Made by a program: the position numbers and the translations under genes. Shown here in pieces: positions 9,800-17,251 of a DNA stretch of 17,251 nt. Each line of letters starts with the position of its first letter. Within the stretch, counting starts at the first letter, position 1. The stretch comes from an uncultured bacterium (GTDB lineage: Bacteria > Schekmanbacteria > GWA2-38-11 > J061). The stretch spans positions 1 through 17,251 of the forward strand of contig CAZJVM010000052.1 of assembly GCA_964549305.1 (NCBI GenBank). The letters run 5' to 3'. A model generated the notes under the pieces. It had not been told where the DNA came from. It searched no databases and worked only from the letters and a program-made list of their open reading frames with translations.

Positions 9800-9827
9800 C
9801 AATTACCACACCTGTATTTTTTTTCAA
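9800..9827 (-). promoter_or_regulatory. Candidate sigma70 promoter for rpsB-tsf (extended -10 type)
   Basis: Minus strand TTGAAA-N16-TAATTG with TGTG immediately upstream of the -10 (TGTGGTAATTG), inside the 134-bp gap before rpsB. Motif match only. Confidence 0.45.
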
Positions 9828-9846
9828 GTAAAATCAGAGTATTCAC

Positions 9847-10302
9847 TCAATATTTACCTGTGAAGTAATCTTCAAGTATCTGACCATGGTCAAATACTAT
9901 TTCTTCGGGAAGACTATCCTTGTCGAACAATTCCGCCTCTCCTGCATCGGAATCAGCTTTCAATTCTCCTCCCCTTGCCCTCGCGATAAAAACAGTTGAT
10001 ATATTGTGCTGTCTTTCATCGCGCGAAGGGTCGGAGTAGGAATGAAACTGCCTGACTAACTCCACATCAAGAGAAGTCTCCTCCTTTGCCTCCCTAACGG
10101 CGCTTTCCTCCAGAGACTCCCCATAGTCTACATATCCACCGGGTATCGCCCATCCTACGGGAGTATTCTTTCGCTTTATAAGAACAATCTTCTTCTCTTT
10201 TTTGCTCTCTACCTCAATAATAATGTCAACGGTAGGCACGGGATTCCTGAAATCCCTTACCTTCTCTCCGCATCCGGGGCATATCAGACTTTTAGTTTTC
10301 AA
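9847..10302 (-). CDS. Nudix hydrolase, ADP-ribose pyrophosphatase-like (about 151 aa)
   Basis: Nudix box [24 protein letters not shown], downstream YSDPSRDER and N-terminal [13 protein letters not shown]. The likely start is TTG at 10302, overlapping the ppdK TGA (TTGA), rather than 10374. Confidence 0.9.
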   Translation of the reverse strand: MKTKSLICPGCGEKVRDFRNPVPTVDIIIEVESKKEKKIVLIKRKNTPVGWAIPGGYVDYGESLEESAVREAKEETSLDVELVRQFHSYSDPSRDERQHNISTVFIARARGGELKADSDAGEAELFDKDSLPEEIVFDHGQILEDYFTGKY

Positions 10303-13136
10303 TTGGCATTCTTTTCTCTTATTGTCGCCTGTGCCGCGGAAAGTCTCGCGACAGGAACCCTGTAAGGCGAACAACTGACATAATCGAGCCCGACTCCGTT
10401 AAAGAAATCAATGGAATCCGGATCGCCTCCGTGTTCACCGCAAACCCCGACCTTGAGGGAATTTCTCGTTGCTCGTCCCTTTTCGACTCCTATCTTCACA
10501 AGCTTGCCTACGCCGTTTTTGTCAATGGTTTGAAAGGGATCTTTATCACGAAGTCCGTTTTCGATATAAACTTTCAGAAATTTTCCGCAATCATCTCTTG
10601 AGAATCCGAAAGTCGTCTGAGTGAGGTCATTCGTTCCGAAGGAGAAAAACTGCGCTTCTTCCGCGATTTCATCTGCAGTGATGGCACCGCGGGGGAGTTC
10701 TATCATCGTGCCTACGAGATACTGAATTTTAGTCTTCTTTTCCTTCATAACCTTTTCCGCTTCTGCTATCACTATCTCCTTCTGCGCCTTTAACTCGGCA
10801 ACATCACCTACAAGGGGAATCATAACTTCGGGAATAACGGTGATTTTCTTCTTTGAAAGATCGCATGCGGCTGAAAATATGGCGTTTGCCTGCATCCTGG
10901 TAATTTCCGGATATGTAATGCCGAGACGGCATCCCCTGTGACCCAACATTGGATTGAACTCGTGAAGTTCTTCAACCTTGTCAAGAAGTTCCTGTTTCTG
11001 CTCAATCTTCTTTGCGTTTTTCCTGGCATCCTTAGCCTTGAGTGTGGCTATCTCCACGAGAAGTTCTTCACGCTTTGGAAGAAATTCGTGCAGGGGCGGG
11101 TCAAGAGTCCTGATTGTAACGGGAAGTCCGTCCATCTCCTTGAAAATACCCTGAAAATCTTTTCTCTGCAACGCGAGAAGTTTTTCCAAAGACTCAGTGT
11201 AATCCTTTATGGCGACGCGATACTCCTTTTCCACCTTCTTTATTTCAGCGTTAATTTCCTTTTTGGAGTTTGCGGAAGCTCCCTTCAACTGTTCCTGCAG
11301 ACCTGCTATTAAATCAAGTCCCGCCTGCCCTTCCCTAGCCGAAAGAATCATCTTCACGACTATGGGAATCCTGTTTCCTTCAAAAAACATATGTTCTGTC
11401 CTGCAAAGACCTATGCCCTTTGCGCCGAATGCCCTTGCGACTCTCGAATCCACGGGAGTATCGGAGTTCGCCCTTATTCCCAGCCGTTTTATTTCGTCTG
11501 CCCAGGTAAGTATATTGTCAAAGTAGCCGTAAATTTTGCTCTTAGCCGGTTTCATTTTGCCTGTAATTACACGAATTATCTCAGAAGGAACGCTGGGTAT
11601 CTTTTCAAGAAAAACATCTCCCGTTGAACCGTCTATTGAAATGAAGTCACCGCGTTTCTTCGTGACTCCCTTGATGATAACTTTGCCGGCTTTCATATCT
11701 ATCTGCAAACCGCCGCATCCCACCACGCTCGGTTTTCCCATCTGCCTGCCAACAACGGCAGCGTGAGAAGTCATACCTCCCGTTGCAGTGAGGACACCTT
11801 CGGATACATGCATTCCGTGAATATCGTCGGGTGCTGTTTCAAGGCGTACGAGAATGACTTTCTTGCCCTTATTTGTCCATTCAACGGCTTCCTCCGCTGT
11901 AAATACGATTTGACCTGTCGCGGCGCCCGGAGAAGCCGGAAGGCCCTTTGCCGCAGATTTTGCCTTACTTCTTTTTTGAGGGTCAAATACGGGATGAAGA
12001 AGCTGCTCGAGTGCGGCGGGTTCGATTCTCGATACTGCCTCCTCTTTCGTTATCAACTCTTCCTTGACCATATCAACAGCTATCTTTACAGCAGCAAGCC
12101 CTGTCCTTTTGCCCACGCGAGTCTGAAGCATAAAGAGCTGTTTTTCCTGAATGGTGAATTCAAAATCCTGAACATCTTTATAATGCTTTTCCAGTCTTTG
12201 CGTAATTTCTTTGAGCTCCTTGAATGCCTGCGGCATAACTTTTTTCAACTTGTCAATCGGCTGTGGCGTGCGGATACCGGCAACAACATCTTCCCCCTGA
12301 GCGTTTACAAGAAATTCTCCGTAAAATTTCTTTTCTCCCGTTGCGGGATTTCTGGTAAATCCTACACCCGTTGCCGAATTCTTTCCCATATTTCCGAAGA
12401 CCATTGACTGCACATTGACTCCTGTGCCGATATCGCCGGGTATATCGTTCAGTTTTCTGTATGTTATTGCCCGGGGATTGTTCCATGATTTAAAAACCGC
12501 CTCGATTGACATCTGAAGCTGAACCTTGCAATTTTGCGGAAAGTTTATTCCGGCATTCTTTTTGATTACCTTTTTATATTCCTTTACCACATCTTCAAGG
12601 TCGACGGCTTTGAGGTCTATATCCTGCTTCGCTTTTTTCGCTTTCTTTTTTTTGTCCAGAACATGTTCGAAGTCATCTTTGTCCATTCCGAGCACTACAT
12701 TTCCGAACATCTGAATGAACCTTCTGTAACTATCAAAAGCAAATCGCCTGTTGCCGGTCTTCTTTGACAGACCTTCAACTGTTTTATCGTTAAGCCCAAG
12801 ATTTAGAATTGTGTCCATCATACCCGGCATCGAGAATTTTGCGCCGGACCTTACTGAGAGCAGGAGGGGGTTCTTTTCTTCTCCAAGCCCCGCACCGAGC
12901 TTATCCTCGAGCTTTTTCGTAGATTCGTCAATCTCCCACTTCACCCTCTGCGGAAGGCTTTCATTGTTTTCATAATAGAGTTTGCATACTTCAGTTGTTA
13001 TGGTAAAGCCGGGCGGTACGGGAATCTGAGCATTTGTCATTTCTGCCAAACCCGCTCCTTTCCCTCCAAGGAGGTCTTTCATTTTTCCGTTTCCGTCTGC
13101 CCTTCCATGACCAAAAAAATAGACATATTTACCCAT
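10299..13136 (-). CDS. ppdK: Pyruvate, phosphate dikinase (945 aa)
   Basis: Motifs [31 protein letters not shown], phospho-His motif [31 protein letters not shown] and CGEHGGD. ATG at 13136 has GGAGG 6 nt upstream. Confidence 0.98.
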   Translation of the reverse strand: MGKYVYFFGHGRADGNGKMKDLLGGKGAGLAEMTNAQIPVPPGFTITTEVCKLYYENNESLPQRVKWEIDESTKKLEDKLGAGLGEEKNPLLLSVRSGAKFSMPGMMDTILNLGLNDKTVEGLSKKTGNRRFAFDSYRRFIQMFGNVVLGMDKDDFEHVLDKKKKAKKAKQDIDLKAVDLEDVVKEYKKVIKKNAGINFPQNCKVQLQMSIEAVFKSWNNPRAITYRKLNDIPGDIGTGVNVQSMVFGNMGKNSATGVGFTRNPATGEKKFYGEFLVNAQGEDVVAGIRTPQPIDKLKKVMPQAFKELKEITQRLEKHYKDVQDFEFTIQEKQLFMLQTRVGKRTGLAAVKIAVDMVKEELITKEEAVSRIEPAALEQLLHPVFDPQKRSKAKSAAKGLPASPGAATGQIVFTAEEAVEWTNKGKKVILVRLETAPDDIHGMHVSEGVLTATGGMTSHAAVVGRQMGKPSVVGCGGLQIDMKAGKVIIKGVTKKRGDFISIDGSTGDVFLEKIPSVPSEIIRVITGKMKPAKSKIYGYFDNILTWADEIKRLGIRANSDTPVDSRVARAFGAKGIGLCRTEHMFFEGNRIPIVVKMILSAREGQAGLDLIAGLQEQLKGASANSKKEINAEIKKVEKEYRVAIKDYTESLEKLLALQRKDFQGIFKEMDGLPVTIRTLDPPLHEFLPKREELLVEIATLKAKDARKNAKKIEQKQELLDKVEELHEFNPMLGHRGCRLGITYPEITRMQANAIFSAACDLSKKKITVIPEVMIPLVGDVAELKAQKEIVIAEAEKVMKEKKTKIQYLVGTMIELPRGAITADEIAEEAQFFSFGTNDLTQTTFGFSRDDCGKFLKVYIENGLRDKDPFQTIDKNGVGKLVKIGVEKGRATRNSLKVGVCGEHGGDPDSIDFFNGVGLDYVSCSPYRVPVARLSAAQATIREKNAN

Positions 13137-13162
13137 TTTTTCCTCCACTATTTTTATTTTGT

Positions 13163-15256
13163 TTATTTTCCGGAAGATACCTGTCTGAAGTCAGCTATAT
13201 CCGAAAAAAGGTCAACAATCCTTTTTAATATTCTGAACCTGTTTTCCCTTACCTTTAAATCATCGCTCATAACAAGAACTTCATCAAAAAAGCGGTCTAC
13301 GCTTTCCCTTATTTCACAAATTCTCCTGAGCGCCTCGAAGTAGTTGCCCGAATCAAGATATGGCCTGCTCCCGGTCTCGGCTTTACGCACCGATTCAAGA
13401 AGTTCTTTCTCCGCGTCTTCGGCGATAAGGGAACTTTCCACTTCACCGGATATTCCTTCCTCCGGAAGAATTTTCATCGCCCTTTTAAAAGCAATTGACA
13501 AAGATTCAAACCACGGTTCATTCATCAGTCTGTGAAGGGCGTCCACACGCCTTGTCGTGTCATTGAAATCATCGAATCTCGCATTAATCGCCGAGTTTAC
13601 CAAATCCATTCTTGATTTTTTAAGCTCAAGAGTACCCTGATAACGAACCTTGAAAAAGTTTATTATCTTTTTACAAACGGAATGTTTCGATTTTTCATCA
13701 ACACCGTAAAGTGACAGAGAAGCACCGATAAAGTTTTCCAGATTGAGGGAAAAATCAAACTTCTCAACGATATTTATTATGCCTATTGCCGCCCTTCTCA
13801 AACCGAAGGGGTCTTCCGAGCCGGAAGGAATGAATCCTTTCGAGAAGCATCCTGCAATACTGTCCATTCGGTCGGCAAGCGCCACAACAGCGCCTTCCGC
13901 GGACTCGGGAAGCAGGTCGTTTGCAAATCTTGGCAGATAATGTTCGAAGACCGCCGTTGCCGTTATTTTATTACCTCCCTGCCTTATAAGATATTCCCTT
14001 CCCATAATGCCCTGAAGTTCGGGAAATTCCTGAACAACTTTCGTGAGAAGATCGTTCTTGCATAAAAGCGCCGCATCTTCGCAGGCAACGGCATTGATGC
14101 TTTCGGGAATATTTGTAATGAGACATTCCATAAGACTCTTTGAAAGAGAGTTGACGCGCTGAACTTTTTCATACATGGAGCCGAGTTTTTCCATAAAGAC
14201 AATGCTCTTAAGCTTTTCAGTCCTCTCCTTAAAGGGAGTCTCCATATCTTCCTCGTAGAAAAACTTTGCGTCCTCGAGTCTTGCCCGCAAAACCCTTTCG
14301 TTTCCTTTTTTTATATTTCCGCTGACATCTTTATCCTTGTCATAAACTGCCACAAAGGCATTAAGCAATTTTTTATCCTCACCTGATTTATTTCTCACTG
14401 GAAAATAAAACTGCTGTTTCTGAATCGCAGACGAAAGGACATCTTCGGGCACGATGAGAAACTTCTCATTAAAACCCCCTGCCACAGCGCCCGGACATTC
14501 TACCATAAAGGAAAGCATTTCGAGAAGCTCGTCACTTTCAATAATTTCTCCCCCTGCCTCTGATGCCATTTGATGGATTTTTTCTTTTAAAACTTCCCGG
14601 CGTTTATCGTGATCTAAAACTACGCCCGCGTTTCCTATTTTTTCAAGATAATCGGAAAAAGATGACACCTCTATTTCGTCAGGTGAAATAAACCTGTGTC
14701 CGTATGTTTTGTTTGAACTTTTAATTCCCGCCACTTCAAAATCAACTACTGACTTATCATAAAGCGCGGCAAACCATCTCAGCGGTCTTGCAAACCTGAA
14801 ATCACAGTCTGCCCATCTCATCGTTTTTTTGAATGAAAGAGAAGAAACCGCCCTCTCGCACAGCGACGGGAGAATATCTTCCGTCCTCCTGCCTTTTATG
14901 AGTTTTTTAAGGCAGAGGACTTCTCCTTTGCCGGTTGACGCTTTTTCGAGCTTGTCCACATTGGCTCCCACTTTTTTGGCAAAACCGTTTGCCGCTTTCG
15001 TGGGCGCGCCATCCTTGTCGTAGGCAATGGATACTGGAGGACCGTAAATTACTTCCTCTCTGTCCTTCTGCTCGTCATCTATTCCCTTTACCGCGCAAAC
15101 GATTCTTCTGTATGTGCCGAAGGAAACAATCTCCTTGAACGAAAGACCTTCTTCGGAAAGAATTTTTGCAATGATTTTGTTTATTTCGTCTATGCTTTGA
15201 GGAATAAAGCGCGCCGGCAAATCCTCCGTGCCTATTTCAAGAAAAAATTCTCCCAC
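13163..15256 (-). CDS. glyS: Glycine--tRNA ligase beta subunit
   Basis: Motifs LEIGTEDLP, KTMRW..FARPLRW, GNERVLRARLEDAKFF, EFPELQGIMG, EHYLPRF, GSEDPFGLRRAA and DALR-like FFDEVLVM...RENR. GTG start. Confidence 0.97.
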   Translation of the reverse strand: MGEFFLEIGTEDLPARFIPQSIDEINKIIAKILSEEGLSFKEIVSFGTYRRIVCAVKGIDDEQKDREEVIYGPPVSIAYDKDGAPTKAANGFAKKVGANVDKLEKASTGKGEVLCLKKLIKGRRTEDILPSLCERAVSSLSFKKTMRWADCDFRFARPLRWFAALYDKSVVDFEVAGIKSSNKTYGHRFISPDEIEVSSFSDYLEKIGNAGVVLDHDKRREVLKEKIHQMASEAGGEIIESDELLEMLSFMVECPGAVAGGFNEKFLIVPEDVLSSAIQKQQFYFPVRNKSGEDKKLLNAFVAVYDKDKDVSGNIKKGNERVLRARLEDAKFFYEEDMETPFKERTEKLKSIVFMEKLGSMYEKVQRVNSLSKSLMECLITNIPESINAVACEDAALLCKNDLLTKVVQEFPELQGIMGREYLIRQGGNKITATAVFEHYLPRFANDLLPESAEGAVVALADRMDSIAGCFSKGFIPSGSEDPFGLRRAAIGIINIVEKFDFSLNLENFIGASLSLYGVDEKSKHSVCKKIINFFKVRYQGTLELKKSRMDLVNSAINARFDDFNDTTRRVDALHRLMNEPWFESLSIAFKRAMKILPEEGISGEVESSLIAEDAEKELLESVRKAETGSRPYLDSGNYFEALRRICEIRESVDRFFDEVLVMSDDLKVRENRFRILKRIVDLFSDIADFRQVSSGK

Positions 15257-15276
15257 TATCCTTTATCTCCGTAATG

Positions 15277-16149
15277 TCACTGTTTCTTTAAAAGAGGAAA
15301 TCCCTTCTCTTCCCTTATTTTCACATATCCTTCGGCGCAGCGTCTCGCTATTGCCCTTACTCTCGCAATATATCCCACCCTCTCGGAAACCGATATGGCG
15401 CCTCTCGCGTCGAGAAGGTTGAAGATATGAGATGTTTTCAGACAGTAATCATATGCAGGCAGGACAAGCTCTTTATCTATCAGCGACATTCCTTCCTTCT
15501 CGTACATATCGAAAAGCGTGAAAAGCATATCCACATCGGCTTCTTCGAAATTGTACTTTGAAAATTCCACTTCCGACTGAAGGTGAATGTCGCCGTATTT
15601 CAGACCATGCGCCCATTCTATCTCATAGACATTATCTATTTCCTGAAGATACATCGCTATTCTCTCTATACCGTAGGTAATCTCAACGGCAACAGGCTTT
15701 ATATCAATGCCTCCCGTCTGTTGAAAATAGGTAAACTGCGTAATCTCCATTCCGTCAAGCCATACCTCCCATCCAAGTCCCCATGCGCCCAGAGTGGGAG
15801 ATTCCCAGTCATCTTCAATGAAGCGTATGTCGTGGCAGGATGTGTCTATCCCAAAGCTTTTTAGACTCTCGATATAGACATCCTGAATATCAGCAGGAGA
15901 GGGTTTCATAATAACCTGAAACTGATAGTAATGCTGAAGGCGGTTCGGGTTTTCGCCGTATCTTCCGTCCGTAGGCCTTCTTGACGGTTCCACATAGCAT
16001 ACGTTCCAGTGCTCGGGTCCTAGCACCCTTAGAAAGGTTGCGGGATTAAATGTGCCCGCCCCTACTTCCAAATCATAGGGCTGTTGAAGGATGCATCCCC
16101 TCGATGTCCAAAAATTCTGTAGATTTAAGATTAAATCCTGAAAATTCAT
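15277..16149 (-). CDS. glyQ: Glycine--tRNA ligase alpha subunit
   Basis: Motifs [56 protein letters not shown] and [12 protein letters not shown]. Confidence 0.98.
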   Translation of the reverse strand: MNFQDLILNLQNFWTSRGCILQQPYDLEVGAGTFNPATFLRVLGPEHWNVCYVEPSRRPTDGRYGENPNRLQHYYQFQVIMKPSPADIQDVYIESLKSFGIDTSCHDIRFIEDDWESPTLGAWGLGWEVWLDGMEITQFTYFQQTGGIDIKPVAVEITYGIERIAMYLQEIDNVYEIEWAHGLKYGDIHLQSEVEFSKYNFEEADVDMLFTLFDMYEKEGMSLIDKELVLPAYDYCLKTSHIFNLLDARGAISVSERVGYIARVRAIARRCAEGYVKIREEKGFPLLKKQ

Positions 16150-16162
16150 TTATCTGTTCCCT

Positions 16163-16855
16163 TTAACAATCGACCTCATTCAAACAACCGTTCTCGAGCC
16201 TAAAAACCCTGTCAGACCCTTTGGCAATCTCCATATTATGCGTTGCAATTACAAAACATTCTTTTTTATCTTTATTAAGTCTCCGGATAAGCTCAAAAAC
16301 AGATTCTCCCGTCTCCCTGTCAAGATTGCCAGTAGGTTCGTCAGCGAGAACAACTCTCGGATTCATTGCCAATGCCCTTGCAATGGCGATTCTCTGCTGT
16401 TCACCTCCTGAAAGCTCGGAAGGTCTGTGAGCAACGCGGTTATCCAATCCCACATCGGCAAGAAGTGACATTGCAGAGGAATGAGCTTCTTTTTTTTCTT
16501 GTCCGCTTATAAGGAGAGGTATCATAACATTTTCAAGACTTGTAAACTCCATCAGCAGATGATGAAACTGGAAAACAAAACCGATGTTTCTGTTTCTGAA
16601 ATCAGCTTTTTCTTCATCGTTCAAACTCTGGATATTTTTGCCGTCATAAACGACAGTGCCGCTATCGTAATCATCGAGAAGTCCCAATATATGCAGTAAT
16701 GTGCTCTTGCCCGTACCCGATGCCCCGACGATGCTTACAATTTGCGATTCGTAAAGAGTGAAATCAATCTTCTTCAGGACATTGATAACCGATTCACCCA
16801 TTACATAGGATTTAGAAATCCCCGATGCTTCGATAATTTTTTCTTTATTCTGCAA
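16163..16855 (-). CDS. lolD: Lipoprotein-releasing ABC transporter ATP-binding protein (LolD/MacB-type ATPase)
   Basis: Walker A GASGTGKST, LolD-typical GFVFQFHHLL, signature LSGGEQQR, Walker B VVLADEPTGNLD and H-loop IATHN. TTG start with no clear SD, so the start is less certain. Confidence 0.88.
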   Translation of the reverse strand: MQNKEKIIEASGISKSYVMGESVINVLKKIDFTLYESQIVSIVGASGTGKSTLLHILGLLDDYDSGTVVYDGKNIQSLNDEEKADFRNRNIGFVFQFHHLLMEFTSLENVMIPLLISGQEKKEAHSSAMSLLADVGLDNRVAHRPSELSGGEQQRIAIARALAMNPRVVLADEPTGNLDRETGESVFELIRRLNKDKKECFVIATHNMEIAKGSDRVFRLENGCLNEVDC

Positions 16856-16856
16856 A

Positions 16857-16904
16857 TTAAAATAACAGCTTTTTAGCTATCAGCACTTCATAGTTTGAAA
16901 ACAT
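16857..16904 (-). other. 15-codon mini-ORF (MFSNYEVLIAKKLLF) directly upstream of lolD; possible lolC/E remnant or upstream ORF
   Basis: ATG at 16904 to TAA at 16859-16857, ending 1 nt before the lolD TTG. The peptide resembles LolC/E-family N-termini by eye. No clear SD. Confidence 0.3.
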
Positions 16905-16975
16905 CAACTTAAATCCGACCAAAGCGTCCCGGAGGTAAGATTTGCTTACAAGAAAAAAGCCAAATATTTGTGTGG

Positions 16976-17003
16976 TTTATAACCTCAGTCGATGAAAAGT
17001 CAA
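16976..17003 (-). promoter_or_regulatory. Candidate sigma70 promoter for lolD-glyQS-ppdK
   Basis: Minus strand TTGACT (17003-16998), 16-nt spacer, TATAAA (16981-16976). Both hexamers match consensus at 5/6, with AT-rich DNA upstream. Confidence 0.55.
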
Positions 17004-17251
17004 GCACTTTTATGGCGATAAAAATGCGATTATTATGCAGTTTTTTAGGAAATTCTTTATTATTATTTCTTTTATTGAATTTTATTTCCGCCAATCCTAT
17101 TTGAACTTAAACTATGCGAAAAAAGGGAATATGTTAATGTATATAATCAACCATAAGACACTAATTATTTGATTATATGGATTTTTTTAATTTATAAAAT
17201 GATATTCACTAAGAAAGCCGGCACATATTTCATTATGGTGATATATATACC

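Noticed and set aside
10303..10374. N-terminal extension of the Nudix ORF given in the track
   Set aside because: It overlaps the conserved ppdK C-terminus by 76 nt; the TTG overlapping the ppdK stop is more plausible.
11763..12407. 214-aa plus-strand ORF and the other short track ORFs nested in or antisense to called genes
   Set aside because: They overlap well-supported housekeeping genes and show no family motifs.
16909..17094. 61-aa minus-strand ORF
   Set aside because: Low-complexity, AT-driven sequence with no motif, and it spans the best promoter candidate.
17127..17154. Possible dif site (TAATGTATAT matches the E. coli dif centre)
   Set aside because: The arms fit poorly; the XerD side matches only 5 of 11 positions of TTATGTTAAAT. 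Expected by chance in AT-rich DNA.
16960..17251. Possible replication origin
   Set aside because: No good DnaA boxes (best is TGTGGTTTA, two mismatches) and no dnaA context.
1..17251. CRISPR arrays, tRNA/rRNA, T-box leaders, IS elements, prophage or defence genes
   Set aside because: None seen. Intergenic gaps are mostly under 75 nt, glyQ and lysS have no room for T-box leaders, and I found no repeat arrays or mobile-element genes.

Overview
A densely packed bacterial core-genome region with every supported gene on the minus strand. In transcription order (high to low coordinates): AT-rich intergenic region with a sigma70-like promoter, lolD, glyQ, glyS, ppdK, Nudix hydrolase, rpsB, tsf, pyrH, frr, a small 2[4Fe-4S] ferredoxin, an intrinsic terminator, uppS, cdsA, prfB (programmed +1 frameshift), lysS, and two tandem LolC/E-family permeases. 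The last permease runs off the left edge and is missing from the ORF track. The Lol system implies a diderm host. The short EF-Ts, clostridial-type ferredoxin and prfB-lysS-lol order are compatible with a Desulfobacterota/Nitrospirota-like lineage, but this is inference only. I found no mobile element, CRISPR array, rRNA, tRNA or defence system, and I cannot support a clearly new biological system. The best leads are: a split Lol locus with a 15-codon LolC/E-like mini-ORF in front of lolD; a PPDK with a ~40-aa helical insertion, coupled to a Nudix gene; a ferredoxin plus terminator inserted between frr and uppS; and several candidate cis-regulatory elements.
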